DNA from: Zygnema circumcarinatum SAG 698-1b
Lineage: Eukaryota > Plantae > Zygnematophyceae
Assembly (NCBI GenBank): GCA_037447605.1
Contig: CM074810.1
Span: 868,001 to 932,000 of the forward strand
DNA length: 64,000 nt
Reading direction: 5' to 3'
A program made the position numbers and the translations under genes. A model generated the notes under the pieces. It ran no database searches and was not told where the DNA came from. It saw only the letters and a program-made list of their open reading frames with translations. Below, piece by piece: positions 36,034-59,049 of this stretch (its first letter is position 1; every line of letters begins with the position of its first letter).

Positions 36034-36252
36034 CCACTTCCTCCCCACCCTTGCAATGTAAATGGAGTGTGGAAGGGAGAGAGAGACGGGGGAGGGAGAG
36101 ACGGCTTAGGGCTTCAAACAAGCTGCCCGCCGCATGCATGCATGCATGCACGACTTGCAAAGCGGTGCATGGCATGGCGGTCACAGGGCCCTTCTGCTGT
36201 CACGCCCACTCGGCTTGCTTGCTCGCTCGGTCTCAGAAAAGTCTTAAAGTTA

Positions 36253-36608
36253 GGGTAACTCTACTGCACCCCCGCGTTTTGTCTTCCGCACCCCCCTTTT
36301 GAAAATTTTGCCTGCCCGTTTTGGTACCCCCCAGTTTTGAATATTTCGGGAAAAAAACAATTTCCCGCCCCTCCCGTCCCCTCCGCTCCCCCCCCTCCCC
36401 TGCCCTCTCCTCCCCTCCCCTCCCCNNNNNNNNNNGGGGAGGGGAGGGGAGGAGAGGGCAGGGGAGGGGGGGGAGCGGAGGGGACGGGAGGGGCGGGAAT
36501 TTTTTTTTTTCCCGAAATATTCAAAACTGGGGGGTACCAAAACGGGCAGGCAAAATTTTCAAAAGGGGGGTGCGAAAGACAAAACGCGGGGGTGCAGTAG
36601 AGTTACCC
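36253..36608. mobile_element. Foldback / long-TIR MITE (173-bp arms around a 10-N gap)
   Basis: GGGTAACTCTACTGCACC...GGTGCAGTAGAGTTACCC, with arms differing at about 2 sites. The flanks are TAAAGTTA / TAAAGTTC (a 7/8 direct repeat), or alternatively a TA duplication. Confidence 0.8.
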
Positions 36609-36664
36609 TAAAGTTCAACCCCCGCTAGAGCCGCATAGCACGACTGCCAGGTCACACACACACA

Positions 36665-37040
36665 CACGTGGTCACATGAACCACGTGGGCGAATCAGTTT
36701 GCGCCACGCACACATGCCACGTGGACATGTCGCTGTAGATTCCAGAACAGTGCCCGTACCACGTAGCTCCAAGATTTCATTCGTTCCTAGCGATTAGCGC
36801 ACAGTGGTTTAGGACAAAGGCACCTCCCAAAATTCATCTTCGTACAAGAATACGGTACAGTACGGTCCTTAAAATGGAATGGTCCAACCCACAGCAAGCG
36901 GCACCGACAGGCGGCCTCAGACAGGGCCGGGGGCCGTACAGGGAAGGCTGCCTCCGTACACAATGGGAGGCCGGATCGTACCATACGGACAGTGGACAGC
37001 AGCCACTCAGGATTCTCGGAGACACGCGCGAAGACACGTG
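36665..37040. promoter_or_regulatory. Cluster of 4 G-boxes (CACGTG) and 7 GTAC cores upstream of the PGM-like gene
   Basis: CACGTG occurs at 36665, 36682, 36718 and 37035. GTAC occurs at 36756, 36842, 36855, 36860, 36936, 36956 and 36978. Confidence 0.45.
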
Positions 37041-37692
37041 GTGAGTTAAAACACGGACACCTGGCAGCTGGTCACGAAACACGGGAGGGGAAAGCCGGGG
37101 AGGAGAGAGGGGTCGTGTTGTGAGCTGTAGGAGCGGGAGACAGAGAGGGAGAGAGGGAGAGGGAGAAGGGAGGAGGAGAAGTGCAAGTTCGCAGCTCTGT
37201 CGTCGCTGCATTCACATTTATACTGCGTTGCAAACAGTGAGTTTTATGGCTCGCTGTGCACCAGGCTCAGGCCTGCTGGTGTACTACACGGGAGGGGGGG
37301 AACTGCAGCTGGATGGACTGGACGAATACAGCAGTGGCATTTCATGATATGCTGTTCAGTTCCGTTGGAATTTTTGAAAGATCATATTTGATATGTTGGA
37401 TACTTTCTTGAATCACGTTTTTTCCGCTTTCTGTTTTGGACAAGTGGGTTTATAGTCTTCTGGCGGTCCATTTGTTAAGTGTTTCTTTTAATGGCGCAGA
37501 CTGGCGTAAGGACGAGTGCGGCCTTGGTTCTGCTTGCTTTCGTTTCTCATGTCTGAAATTTGAGTCCCATTTTCAACTTTTTCTTTTCCTTCTAAGCTTA
37601 GGCATCAAAAGCTCTTCGGCTTAACTGCAGCGACTGATGTGTTTATTTGTGTTTTGTTCTTCTGCAGTTTTTTGAGCAAGCACATATTTAAA

Positions 37693-40600
37693 ATGGTGCC
37701 ACCTGCTGCAGTCATGCCGGCAATGTTTCCGCTCCATCGCTGCAAGTTCATCCACTTGGTGCGCAAAACAGGCCACTAAAACCACTAAAGCCCAGGAAAA
37801 GTACTCAGATTGTTGCTTCCGGCTGCTTCATTGAGATGGATATTGGATTCAAGGTCTTCTAGGAAAGCATTTGATGACGATAGAAAGTTTGCAGCAAAGA
37901 TCAGAGAAGTTTTTGTGCTGAAGAGATGATCGGAGTTGTTTAAGTCAAAGGTACAAAAAATACCAACGCACATGTCTTAGTGAGATCCTGAACAAAGCGG
38001 CATGGAGCCGGTAGATAAAGGTTAATTTGATGCTAAAGCTGAAGCATTTGGTCCAAGCTCAATGTGTGCGCCTGTTCGCGTTAAGATTTGTTCAGCTGCC
38101 CAGTGCCTACTGGCTCCTCTTTTAATAATGTCCTGCTCAGGATTTCAGGCATCAAGCTTTCCATGATTTTTTTTTGTTCTATGATTGAAGTTGCACGAAG
38201 GTCTTCCATTATGAGGTATGTCTACATGTTGTGAATGGAGGTAGGATGTCAACTGTCTAGACCTTCCTTTTAGTAGCGGACACTCGCTCCTAAGTGGTCA
38301 TGTTGTTTCTTGGGGAGCATCAGGTGCGCCATGGGCAGGGATATCATAATGTTGCAGGCGAAAACAACTATGAAGCCTACATGTCTATGGAGTATCTGGA
38401 TGCCTGTCTCACTCCTACAGGCTGGCAACAGGTACGCGCCGACTTTGCAATGGTGCTTTCCTAATTTGAGCTTCAGATTCGTGGCTTTGAGGCTTTGACA
38501 GTACGGTAGTGGACTTACGGCATTTGTCGAACAGCAATACACTTAGTTTCTTTTGGTTTTCAAAGTCGTAGATCACAAGCTAATACGTACGAAAACCTTT
38601 TGATGCCGGTTTTGGGTTAATTATTGAAACGTGCGATACCTACGTGGCTACTTGGTAAACTGCAGGCCTTCGCTCTCAAAAAGCATATAGCTCAAGTTCC
38701 AGATGGTTTAGGGGTGGAGCTGGTTGTCACATCACCTCTAATGAGGTAAGCCACGTGAGTGAGAGCATCCAATTCGTACCACAACGTTTTGCTTTTCAAA
38801 CTTGTTACGTCCACTGCCTCACTAGGCCCTTAGGCTGCAGACTTTGGTTGTAAGCTTCATTTGAGACCATTTGCGATAGAAAGCATGGTACTCGCTTCAT
38901 CATTTCTTGGATCCAGGACTTTCATCTGCTGAAGTGATGACAATTACTGAAACTCGTCGAAACTATCGACTTTACATTTGGGTTACTGTTGGAATTCTTT
39001 GCATTTTCTGAAAAATCATCGGCTTGCATCAGTATTGCCAAATAGCTGTAATGTGTAGTGGTGCACCTTTTTTTTTTTTGCCAGAACCATGCAAACTGCT
39101 GCAGGAGTGTTTGGATCGCAAGCAGAAGACTCTGCCGTTCCTTTCATGCTTGAAGGAACAGGCAAAAGCGCAGTCGGGAAGATCTCAAGCAGCGGGTCTC
39201 CACCCATAGTGGCAGTGGAGATGTGCAGAGAGCATTTGGTCAGTTTCTTTACATGTATAATTCAACTTGTTGCTCTATTTCAATATCGGAGACTCTATGA
39301 GTTTTGAAAGGCATGTTTGGTTGGCATGGTCCAGGGCTTGGCGCAAAAATTAAGTAATGGGTTTTTCTTTCAATGCAATGTTGTCTGCATGGCCAGTTCT
39401 TGTGTAAAACGACTCGAACTTTGCTCATCCTAAATCGCATATCACATCTCTGAGGAAACGTGTTAAAGCATCTCTTGAAGGCGTCCTTTTCTCTATAAGA
39501 TGCATGGCATGGGAATTGCGATGTGCATTCAAACGTCAAAATATTTTGGCTCAACGCAGGGCAGGCATCCTTGCGATAAGCGATCATCGGTGAGTCAATA
39601 TCGACAGCAGTTTCCAGCTATTGACTTTTCCCAGGTAAGGCCTTTTACCCACTTTATAACTTTATCGTCTGTTGTTGTGCTGAAGCTGTATGAATTTGTC
39701 TATGTTCTCAATTTTGTCATGCCTTCGTTTTAATGTAACTGTTGTCAATGCTTTGAACATCCTCGTGCAGTGCACTCACGTAAGTGTGCAAAGTACTGTG
39801 TCAAGTTCCTAAAGGATTAGTCTTGGACACTTGTGCAAAGAGGAGCCGGTCAACATGTTAAGATTACATGAAACACAGTCAGCCAGTCACAGTTTCGCAT
39901 GTTTTTGGTGTTGAAATTTTTGGGTTTCGTCAAGCCTGCATGCTCATGCATGTATGTTGATTTCTGGTTTAGTCATCGGAACGCTGAGGCCCAGTCCGTG
40001 AAAGGCGTCAGAAGGCCAGAGTTGCTTTATGAATTGGTTGACACAACACGTTTTGGACGTCTGTTAAGGTCGTCGATGCCTATTCTTTGGCACTTTGTAA
40101 ATCTGAGGAAAACTTCTATGCCGCTGGACTGCTTGCAGGTCGAAACAGACGAAGATACATGGTGGGAGCCTGATGTGCGGGAGACTGAGGACGACTTGAC
40201 TGAGCGTGGAAGGAAATTTGTCAGCTGGTGAGCTCTTTTGAATGGAAGCGTCCCGCAGATGTCATGTGTCCATACCGGGGCCCCGACTTGACTTCACTGC
40301 CTGCTCAAATTAGTATTGGTACTAGATTCACATGATATTCAATGTGTAAGTGTGGAGAATTATATCCTGGTGGTGTCCTCAATGTCGAGCTTACGGATGC
40401 ATAGAGAGAACCAAAACCTTGCTATCATCCGCACTTCGTTTCACAATGGACGATTCAGTTGATGAACTGAGAAGCCTATCCGTTCCCTTGTTCGAAACAA
40501 GAATGCCTAGCCCGATTGTACTCCGTATGAATGTCAAAAGAAGTTGAATATGTGGATACCCACTCCAGTCTTTATGTACCTAACAGCTCTGTTCGTCTCC

Positions 40601-41673
40601 TTATGTCGAAAGTGGAGATGTTGTGGTTCTAATGCGGCTGGTGAAGGGTTTTTGCTGATGCAGGTTGATGGCGCGCAAGGAAAATAGAATTGCTGTTGTT
40701 TCTCATAGCAGTTTTTTGATCCATCTCCTTGCACTGTTTGCTGCTGACTGTGGAACCGTTGTCCAAAAGGAGGTTCGCTCTGGGTATGTTCAATTTCCCT
40801 CTGGAGAATTTGAAGTTTTTAGCTGTTCATTGATGTCGCTGCTGTATGCGGTGATTATAAACTGCTTAGAAGAAAGCCTGCCATCATTAGACGGGTGTAT
40901 TAATGCTGTTTGTTTCTACATCTTGGCTCAAGGGGTGGATGCGTGAATGTTCCTGGCTGGTTTTTCTTATGTTGACGAGGTAGTTACAGTGTCCTATATG
41001 TACGACGCATCTTGATATACAGCATAGTCGTTCTTGTTATACGTGTATCGGAGCATCGATCTGGACGTTTATCGATACATTGAGCTGCATGCTATAAACA
41101 TATCGGCTCTTATTATGTCGCTTGTTTAAATGGGGTGGGAAAGAACAGCTATAGCAACTGTGAGATGCGCTCTTTAGTGCTCGTTGATCGCGAGTACGAC
41201 CTGCCACCCTTCAAACCCCATGCATGCTTCGTCTTGTGCCCTGCATCATTTTTTCATCATCCCTACGCACTCTCGATCTCGGTCTATGCCCGTGCAATTC
41301 ACTTTGGCTCCTCTATTGAGCAAGTTGTGTGCCTTTCGACAGGTTACGTGTCTTCCAAGTGGGCAGGAATAGATAGATGGTGTGAATCGTAAGGCACAGT
41401 TTTCACATCTTGAGATTCAAGCATTTCTAGGTTCTGCTCTCTACTTTTGTTCCAATCGTCGCAATAGTGTTTTTCCAGCACTCAGCAGTTTGTTGATTCT
41501 CATCTGATGTAATGTCATGTAACTTCACTCTTGCAGTTTATTCTTAGCTCAGTGCTCATGGTTACGAGCAATTAGCATTTCCGTGTCCAATTGGTGTGGG
41601 CCCAAAAGAATACAAAAATACTAACCTTTTCCTTATGGTGTATCCTTCTTGCAGGGGCGGGCCTCCATTCTGA
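37693..41673 (+). CDS. Phosphoglycerate mutase-like protein (histidine phosphatase superfamily); 3' end uncertain
   Basis: MFPLHRCKFIHL|VRHGQGYHNVAG (intact RHG), DACLTPTGWQQ, ELVVTSPLMR|TMQTAAGVFG, EMCREHL|GRHPCDKR, DEDTWWEPDVRET, IAVVSHSSFL and YSNCEMRSLVLVDR. Exon 1 is 37693-37758 and exon 2 is 38324-38431. Confidence 0.9.
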
Positions 41674-42456
41674 CCATCTCATGTATTCCTACAGACCATC
41701 CCGACAGCTGCTGACCCAAATCTACCCACATCAATCCCCCCCTTTCTTTTTTTTCCGAACACTATATACCATGTCTCTGCTGTTCTGCATTTTTTCCTTC
41801 AATAGCCCTTTTTTTTATTATTATTTTTTATTTTTTTCACTACACCCGGTCCTCTTTGCCAATATGAAGTTCAACGGGAGGGGGATGAAGTATGTTATAT
41901 ACTCTACTGAACACACATATCACCCTTGTGGCCTCACGCTACACGGTCGTACTGGCATTCACTGATTATATCCACATGAAAGACCATTTGTTTCTGCTTG
42001 TTTGATACCTTTTTTTCCTTGCATGGGTTATATAATATATCATTGGTTCATAAACATACGGTACAATTTTTAACGGATTTTATATTGTTACAGTCACAGG
42101 AAGACGAAGCGCCCGTGCGAGGTGACTGGATAGATGATGCTGGCTGGGGAAATGGTCGCCACAATGATTCAGAATCTCGGACACAAGAGTTGTCGAGGCC
42201 CAACACTCCATTCGAGGGCCCTCGTCCTCATAATGTGAACAGGATTGCGCCGTGCGGTAGTGTCAAAGGTACCAGCGTACAGGTAGGGGGTACCCGGAGG
42301 GTAAGGCCTAGGTTTTGAACATAGCATCTCGCCACACAATTAATTTAAAAGGGGGGCAACAAGGAAGCGCTTCCAGCGACTAGGGATGGATACTATAACG
42401 CACTGTCATGTACTAGAATTCCAATCAAAAATTCTAAAAGTCAGGCGAAGGAAAAT

Positions 42457-42626
42457 GGCATCGATCTCATGCTGGCGATGATGCCATCAAATGTATACGG
42501 ACAAAAGCAGCATGGGGAACCACCAGGAACGGGTCGCGAAGGACCTAAGGACAAAAGAAAAAAGCTAAGTGCGGGAAACTACGCCTCGGCGCAACAACGC
42601 AGCCCTCCCTCGAAGCAGCCGTGACG
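42457..42626 (+). repeat. Copy of the dispersed ~165-bp repeat
   Basis: It aligns by eye to the reverse complement of 35868-36033 (ATGCCATCAAATGTA..GGACAAAAGCA.CATGGGGAACCAC.AGGAAC..CAACAACGCAGCCCTCCCT.GAAGCAGCCG). Confidence 0.85.
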
Positions 42627-42706
42627 GTCACCGATGTGCGGCACATCACATCGCGAGGAGGGAGCGACGGAAGTCCACCAACAGGGTCACCAACGAAAGT
42701 CAGGCC

Positions 42707-42857
42707 GTTTTATAAGGAATTTACTATTTTATACACCTTTTTGGTTAGGTTCGCACCTTAAAAAAAATCAAAATCCTAAATTAAAATCTGACCGGCTAGA
42801 AAAGGTGCGAATCTAGCCAAAAGAAGGTGTGAAAATAGACCCTAAGTTTTATAAAAC
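42707..42857. mobile_element. Small degenerate MITE-like inverted repeat (~150 bp)
   Basis: GTTTTATAA..CTATTTTATACACCTTTTTGGTTAGGTTCGCACCTT pairs imperfectly with AAGGTGCGAATCTAGCCAAAAGAAGGTGTGAAAATAG..TTATAAAAC. No clear TSD. Confidence 0.55.
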
Positions 42858-42987
42858 ATTTTCAGTCGTGGCCTCTTCTATTTTGTCTTTATAGACGCCC
42901 TACTGACGATTTTTAAATGGAAGAGATGTACTTCAACGAATGTGTGTCAGATGCGTTTGGGCATCACTTGCTCAAGGTTTCAGTTCC

Positions 42988-43012
42988 GGGTTAGGGTTTA
43001 GGGTTTAGGGTT
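42988..43012 (+). repeat. Short interstitial plant-type telomeric repeat
   Basis: GGG TTAGGG TTTAGGG TTTAGGG TT. Confidence 0.8.
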
Positions 43013-43610
43013 GAAGGGCCATCGCGAACAAGCGTTTCCAAGCGGCTTTGCATCAAGCACATGGCCATTTTGAGAGGAGTTTAAAGTGCTACTACAATCG
43101 TCTCTACTTATTACGAGTCAAGTTCCACGAGGTCCCGCTTAATTGCTTTGTTGAACACTGCGCAACCACTGGTCGAACATGTCATGGCCTATATACATGG
43201 GGTGTCTGTCCGCATTGATCCATGACTGCTCGCCATGAGCTTCCACTTCATGGAGGAAACCTTGTTGCAAGGCCATCCATACCACTGATAAAAACCCAAT
43301 GAATAAGAATCAAACTTCATTTTTTTTCCCTTTTTGTTTTTTTTTTTTTTTGAAAGTTAATTTTGAAAGATTTCACTCTCGGCTCCTCCCGAGTTCCAAA
43401 CGTACAGCGAAAGCATGTGCCCTGAACAAGCTGCCTACTCCTAAGCGCACTTCTAGCGCCCTGTGGGCAATACTTTCACAGATAACATGCATAGAGTCGC
43501 CACCGAGAGAGACCCCCTCCCTTCCTTTGGCCCGACTCTGCTGCCTCTCACGTTACCTACTGTTGCTCATCAAAAAACGACAAATCCTGCAACGAACTGC
43601 AGAACCAGTC

Positions 43611-46600
43611 TTACGTATTCCTTTTCTTCTTTGCCTTGACAGGCTGAGAGGTGTACTTTGGCTGCTTCTGAGTAAGAGCCGTGCCCTGCATTGAACAGAC
43701 AACAGCAGCATAACGGAGAACGAGAGTCATCCAACTGCATGGGGAATAGATGAAAAAGCGAGGAAGGAGATGAAGATTGAAGAGGGAGAAAAGGCGTAAA
43801 GGGAAAGGTGGAAGAGCCTGTACTCCTTTAGATAACATAAAAAAAGGGATGGTTGCTCCAAAGCTGCAGGACAATATCCTACCCAGCAATTCGTCCTCTC
43901 CATTCTCCAGCCCAGTTTCTAATCTAACAGGTGCAGGAAGCTACTTTTGAAGCAAGATTGAACGATGAATCAGCTTACCTGCAGCCATTCATTGTCCGCC
44001 ACCTCGGATTCCTTTGTGCCGGTTTCAAGCTTCTTGGCTCGTCGAGACTTCTGCTTCTCCCAGCCATGGCCCATCCAACACCAGCTTATCAGGTGCTTGT
44101 TGAAAGGCGTGCATTGTTTTACTTTAAGAAATACCAAACAATTGCGCAATACAACACTACTCAGGCACTACAATGCCTAGCAGGTTTTCCCATTGCAAGG
44201 AACATCTAAGAGACAGGTGAGAACAAGCTCCCAAAGCCACTTTCAGAATGGCGCGAAGGAGCATAAGGAGGGCTTGGGACAGCATGAAGAAACTGATCTT
44301 TTGCAAAGCAGGGCCAGCATTATCAGTTTCCTTTCCGACCACTTGGGAGAGAAGTTCTTCAGTTACAATGATTTGCAAAGTAGAGCCGGAAACAGACCTT
44401 GGAGAACTTCTGCAGCTGTGAGTATCCCCACATGCCGAGGAGGCCGAGCAGAGCGGACGCGAGGAGAAGAAGGAAGATGGACTCTCCACTAACAGAACCC
44501 CTCGGCTCTGTGATTTCTATGGTGCCGTTGTACCCAACACTCATATAAGGAGACGAATCCACCTCATACAAAAGGAACGTTGACAATCCAAATTCACGAG
44601 GCTGCAAGACAGCATCGAAGAGGCCGCATAAGTCCTGCCCAACTACATGCTTACAACCAAATTGGAAGGCAGGTATGTGAGTTGAGAGAAGTAATACTGA
44701 TATTATTCATTATACGGAATATGAGAATTACCAGCAGCTGCCTTTGTGGGGTGAAGGTGTAGAAAAAGGACGCCTGCACACCAGGGGGTACTGTAGAATT
44801 GAACTCCTGAAACCCACAACAGCCCGAACCATGTCACCATTAGGAGTGGAACGCATCATAGAGCCCAGAGACTCAACAAAACGTAGTTCAGGTCAGACTT
44901 TCTGTATTTAACTCTCCATGAAATGTGCTGCAATCACAGCTAGGAAAACAAAACCTACAGCATAAGGCCCTAAACGCACAACACAGAAAAATGACAGACC
45001 GACGGACAACAACGATCCTGCTGAACGTACTCTGGATACCCGCACACAGTGATCATGATTGCCGTGAACAGTGGAAAAAGACAAACACCGACCTGGATGG
45101 TAAAGTTCTGTACAACAACACGGAAGTCTATAGGATGCACAAGTGCTCCCTTGATGCCAAGCACCTTCACCTCAGACTGTCCTGATCCCGCCACCCTTCA
45201 CTCGTACCCATCAGACATTGCCTTGAATGTAGAGCTGCAAATGATACGTCTGACGAACTTTAAGCATTTAACCGCAAACGAATAGTACGAGGAGAACAAT
45301 ATTTTAACTGCAATAAGACAAACGCTTTTCTTCTTTCTCTGTTCCTATAGCTTGAACCTCCTGCATCTACTCTCTCAAATCGATTCCCCCGAGTTAAAAC
45401 ACACATACGGTGATCTTCGTCCCAGTGACTATCCAACTGAGAGAGTAAAACTATCTGATCATTCCGACTCCAGCTCACGACTGACTTTCCGTGACTACCC
45501 TTGCCTATTTCCCTATGCTTGTTATATTTATCTTATTCATTTCTGCTTTCTTTGACTTCAATTTCCATCTGCCAGCTCCGAGTCTCACGATTCCACTTGT
45601 TTTCGCCTGCTTGACCTCATTTCCTCACTCCACCAACTGTACTCCTACTTTTCTCGTCACTTATATGCGCATCTTCCCAAAGCTAAACAATCCCAACACC
45701 TTAAGATCTAAACAGGTCAGGTTTCTCAATAAAGTGGAACTGTTGCAATCCCTGCTAGATTATCCCCTCGAACTGTCCACTCAGTTTGTCTTCGCAATGA
45801 GGGCATTTTCATACACCTATGGATCCTAACCTGCATATCTCTAAAATTCCTAAAGACCCTTAAGAGTCTTTAGGGCACGATGAGAGGACAGAGAGAAAGG
45901 AAGTGAGAGAAAGCGAGAGCGAGAGAGAAAGAGAGACAGAAAAGAGGGCATTGGGGGGGGGGGGGGGNNNNNNNNNNGGGGGGGGGGGGGGGGGGGGGGG
46001 GGAATTTGCGCATAAGAAGTGGTCTCACCGCCGTTGCTGAGTCCAACCACAAGTTCTGTCGTCTGGCCTGCAGGGATAACTGCCGCTCCCCAAAACGGCA
46101 AAATAATAAACAAATCAATGCAAGTCACCACTTAACTCCTCGAATTCAGATACTTCTGCCAATCCAGCAATCAACCAAGCATTCCAACTGCCAAACTCAA
46201 TAAAAATCTCAATGCCAACAACCACTCTCCATTGTTGGCATTGTCAATGCTGCTTGTAAGGCGCTTACAAAACTGCTCGAACCGAAACCAAATCATCACA
46301 TTTCAAATATGCGGCTACAGAAGACGCTGGCATCATGGAGCTGTTCTTGCTAATCACCTTTATCAGGATTTCCAGGAAACACATATACAGTCTGTATGCC
46401 AGGCGCCGGGGAGAGCACAGGCTCCTCCTCTATGGCCTCGTCAGGACCTCCTTCCGTTTCCACGGGAACGACATCGCTTATATCAGAACCGCCTTCAGAG
46501 TCCGGAAGGACTTCAGTAAGGTCCTCATCATCCTCCACGGAAGAACCCTCCTGAGCCCAAGCAACTGTTCACAGCACCCCCAATACACGTCACTAACGAT

Positions 46601-46860
46601 CCTGAAAAGTCCAGCATTTCAAAAATCTGCAACTTGCATGTGATGGGGAGGGTCAGGGTACAGGCAGGGAGGCAGCGAGTGGGAGGGAGAAGGGCAACGG
46701 AGTGCGTGGCGGAAAGGGAGGGCAAGAGGGAGGAAGAATGAAGGAGAATCATCGGGAGCAATTCCACCTGCATACCTTCAGACGCAGCAAGGGAAGCGAT
46801 GAGAAGAAGTGCAGCGATGGCGAAAAACCGCCATGAAGTGGCCCGGATTCCCCTCACCAT
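43611..46860 (-). CDS. SSR1: Translocon-associated protein subunit alpha (TRAP-alpha / SSR1)
   Basis: Signal peptide, then an acidic N-terminus ending LSPAPGIQTVYVFP, followed by IPAGQTTELVVGLSN, VVVQNFTIQ and QPREFGL..NGTIEITEP. A transmembrane segment (SIFLLLLASALLGLLGMWG) precedes ETGTK..DNEWLQ|GTALTQ and a basic tail. Confidence 0.93.
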
Positions 46861-47160
46861 GACTGATCCCAGCCCGACGCAGGCCTCTGTATGACGAGGG
46901 GCCTCAGAAGCCCCTGCCTCCGCAGGAAGGCGCGGCGGTTAAGAGGGGGAGAGGCCGCAAAATGGGCTCAGAGGGAGAGAGGAGAGGGAGAGGGAGAGAG
47001 AGAGGGAGAGGGTGAGTCCACCTTCACCGGAGGTCAAGATCAACGAAATATCAGAGTCAGCAACCGTCCAGCGTCAGATCTCAAGGGTGGAATCCACGAG
47101 TTGTTGCTCCGCCGAAACCACGAGTTACGGTGCGGTAGGCCCACTAGGGATGATGGGGTT

Positions 47161-47236
47161 TGGCATTGGTCTCGCCATGCACATGCACAAGATGGAGAAC
47201 CACGAGGAACTAACCGCTCACAGAGGACCCAAGGAC
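47161..47236 (+). repeat. Partial, diverged copy of the dispersed repeat
   Basis: TGGCATTGGTCTCGCCATG..CATG..GAACCACGAGGAACT..GAGGACCCAAGGAC. Confidence 0.6.
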
Positions 47237-48363
47237 GTAAGTAAAGAGCTTCGAGCGGAACTTTGCTTTCAGCTTACGCGTATAAATTTGAAAATCAGAT
47301 TCCGTACTGCTCGAACTTTGATCTTCATCTTGTAAGAATATACGGAGTCCAATTTCGCCTCTTACGGTTTTGCTACAAATGAGAGCCCCCTCCTACCGTA
47401 GGGTAGGGAACTTCAAGCATCACAATAGTGAGACACGTTGGAGAGAGTGAATTGGCACATTGGTTCGATGTTATGTCTTCGTCCGCGTTCATTACATGGT
47501 GTCATCAACATGACTTAAACAAAAGGGGATGTCAGTTTTAGCTTCTTGACATGGAATCCGAATCTGCCCGTAACAGGCTACTAGAGTCCGGGGGTCAAAA
47601 CTCATAGCAAGCAAATTTGGATTCCATAACGCAAAGCCAAGTTCTAAACCTCCTACTCTTAAACGAGAGACGGAATGCACACTGGGGGATACAAATTCTA
47701 GTCCTTTGTGGCCGTGAATTATTGCGGCAAAATTTGCCGATTTTCAATAGTTTTTAACGGCAATGTTTTCCTGAAGTCCTGAAGTTTCCCTCACCCGGTC
47801 CTGAGAAAATTCCAAAGTTCGTCGAGCCAATTTCATACGGCCCTATTTCTAAATTTCACAGAGAATGTGAAGTCTGAAACCCCTCATTGCTGCGTGTTGT
47901 TGTTCCTAAAACACATGCTTTGTAGGGATGGTGATTGAGGCACACGGGGCACTGTAACCAGTCCCAGAAAGACAGAGAGACAGACAGACCGACAGACAGA
48001 AACACAGACAGCGGCATGACCTGCGCAATTGGATGCTGCACGCGGCATGCTTTTAATCTTAGGAACGAGACTGACTGCCAAAGCCCGCTACTACCTCCAC
48101 CATCCTATTCTATCTCCTACCATCGGATCATACTCGACGTCAAGGGCATTTTGACATCAGTGAGAGCCTGGATATCTTCCTTGCCCCTAACTGTTTCCTT
48201 GTTACTTATACACTATTAACACCAACGCTTTTCCTGTCCCAAATTTTTCCCCATCTTCACTTTTGGGGCATGTCCTATGTACAGATATGCAGCTCCAATT
48301 GAATAACCTAATCTCCATTCTCAGAGAACGGGGTCCTCCTGCTTAGGCCCTCTTCTCTTCACT

Positions 48364-58861
<10,498 letters not shown>

Positions 58862-59049
58862 CAAAGGACCTCTCCTTTGCCACGTGTACTCAAAACTAGT
58901 CCAATTGTGACTTGACACGTCGGCAATTTATACACGTGACGCGTCGCCATTGGAAGATGCGCGACCATAGTGCGCAGGGGTGACTTGTGCAGGGGGCTCT
59001 CTCTCGCTCTCTCTCTCTCGCCTGCCAGCTTGCAAGCTTTGAAGCCGCA
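58862..59049. promoter_or_regulatory. 188-bp ATG-to-ATG bidirectional promoter region
   Basis: Divergent start codons lie at 58861 (-) and 59050 (+). CACGTG occurs at 58881 and 58933, and a short (CT)n tract lies at ~58997-59018. Confidence 0.6.

Noticed and set aside
41998-42318. 106-aa ORF as the last exon of the PGM-like gene
   Set aside because: An earlier phase-compatible acceptor at 41655 gives a stop at 41673, and this ORF has no family motif. It remains unresolved without transcripts.
45950-46001. Poly-G run (also poly-C at 18432-18455)
   Set aside because: These are intronic homopolymers, the poly-G at an assembly gap, so its length is unreliable.
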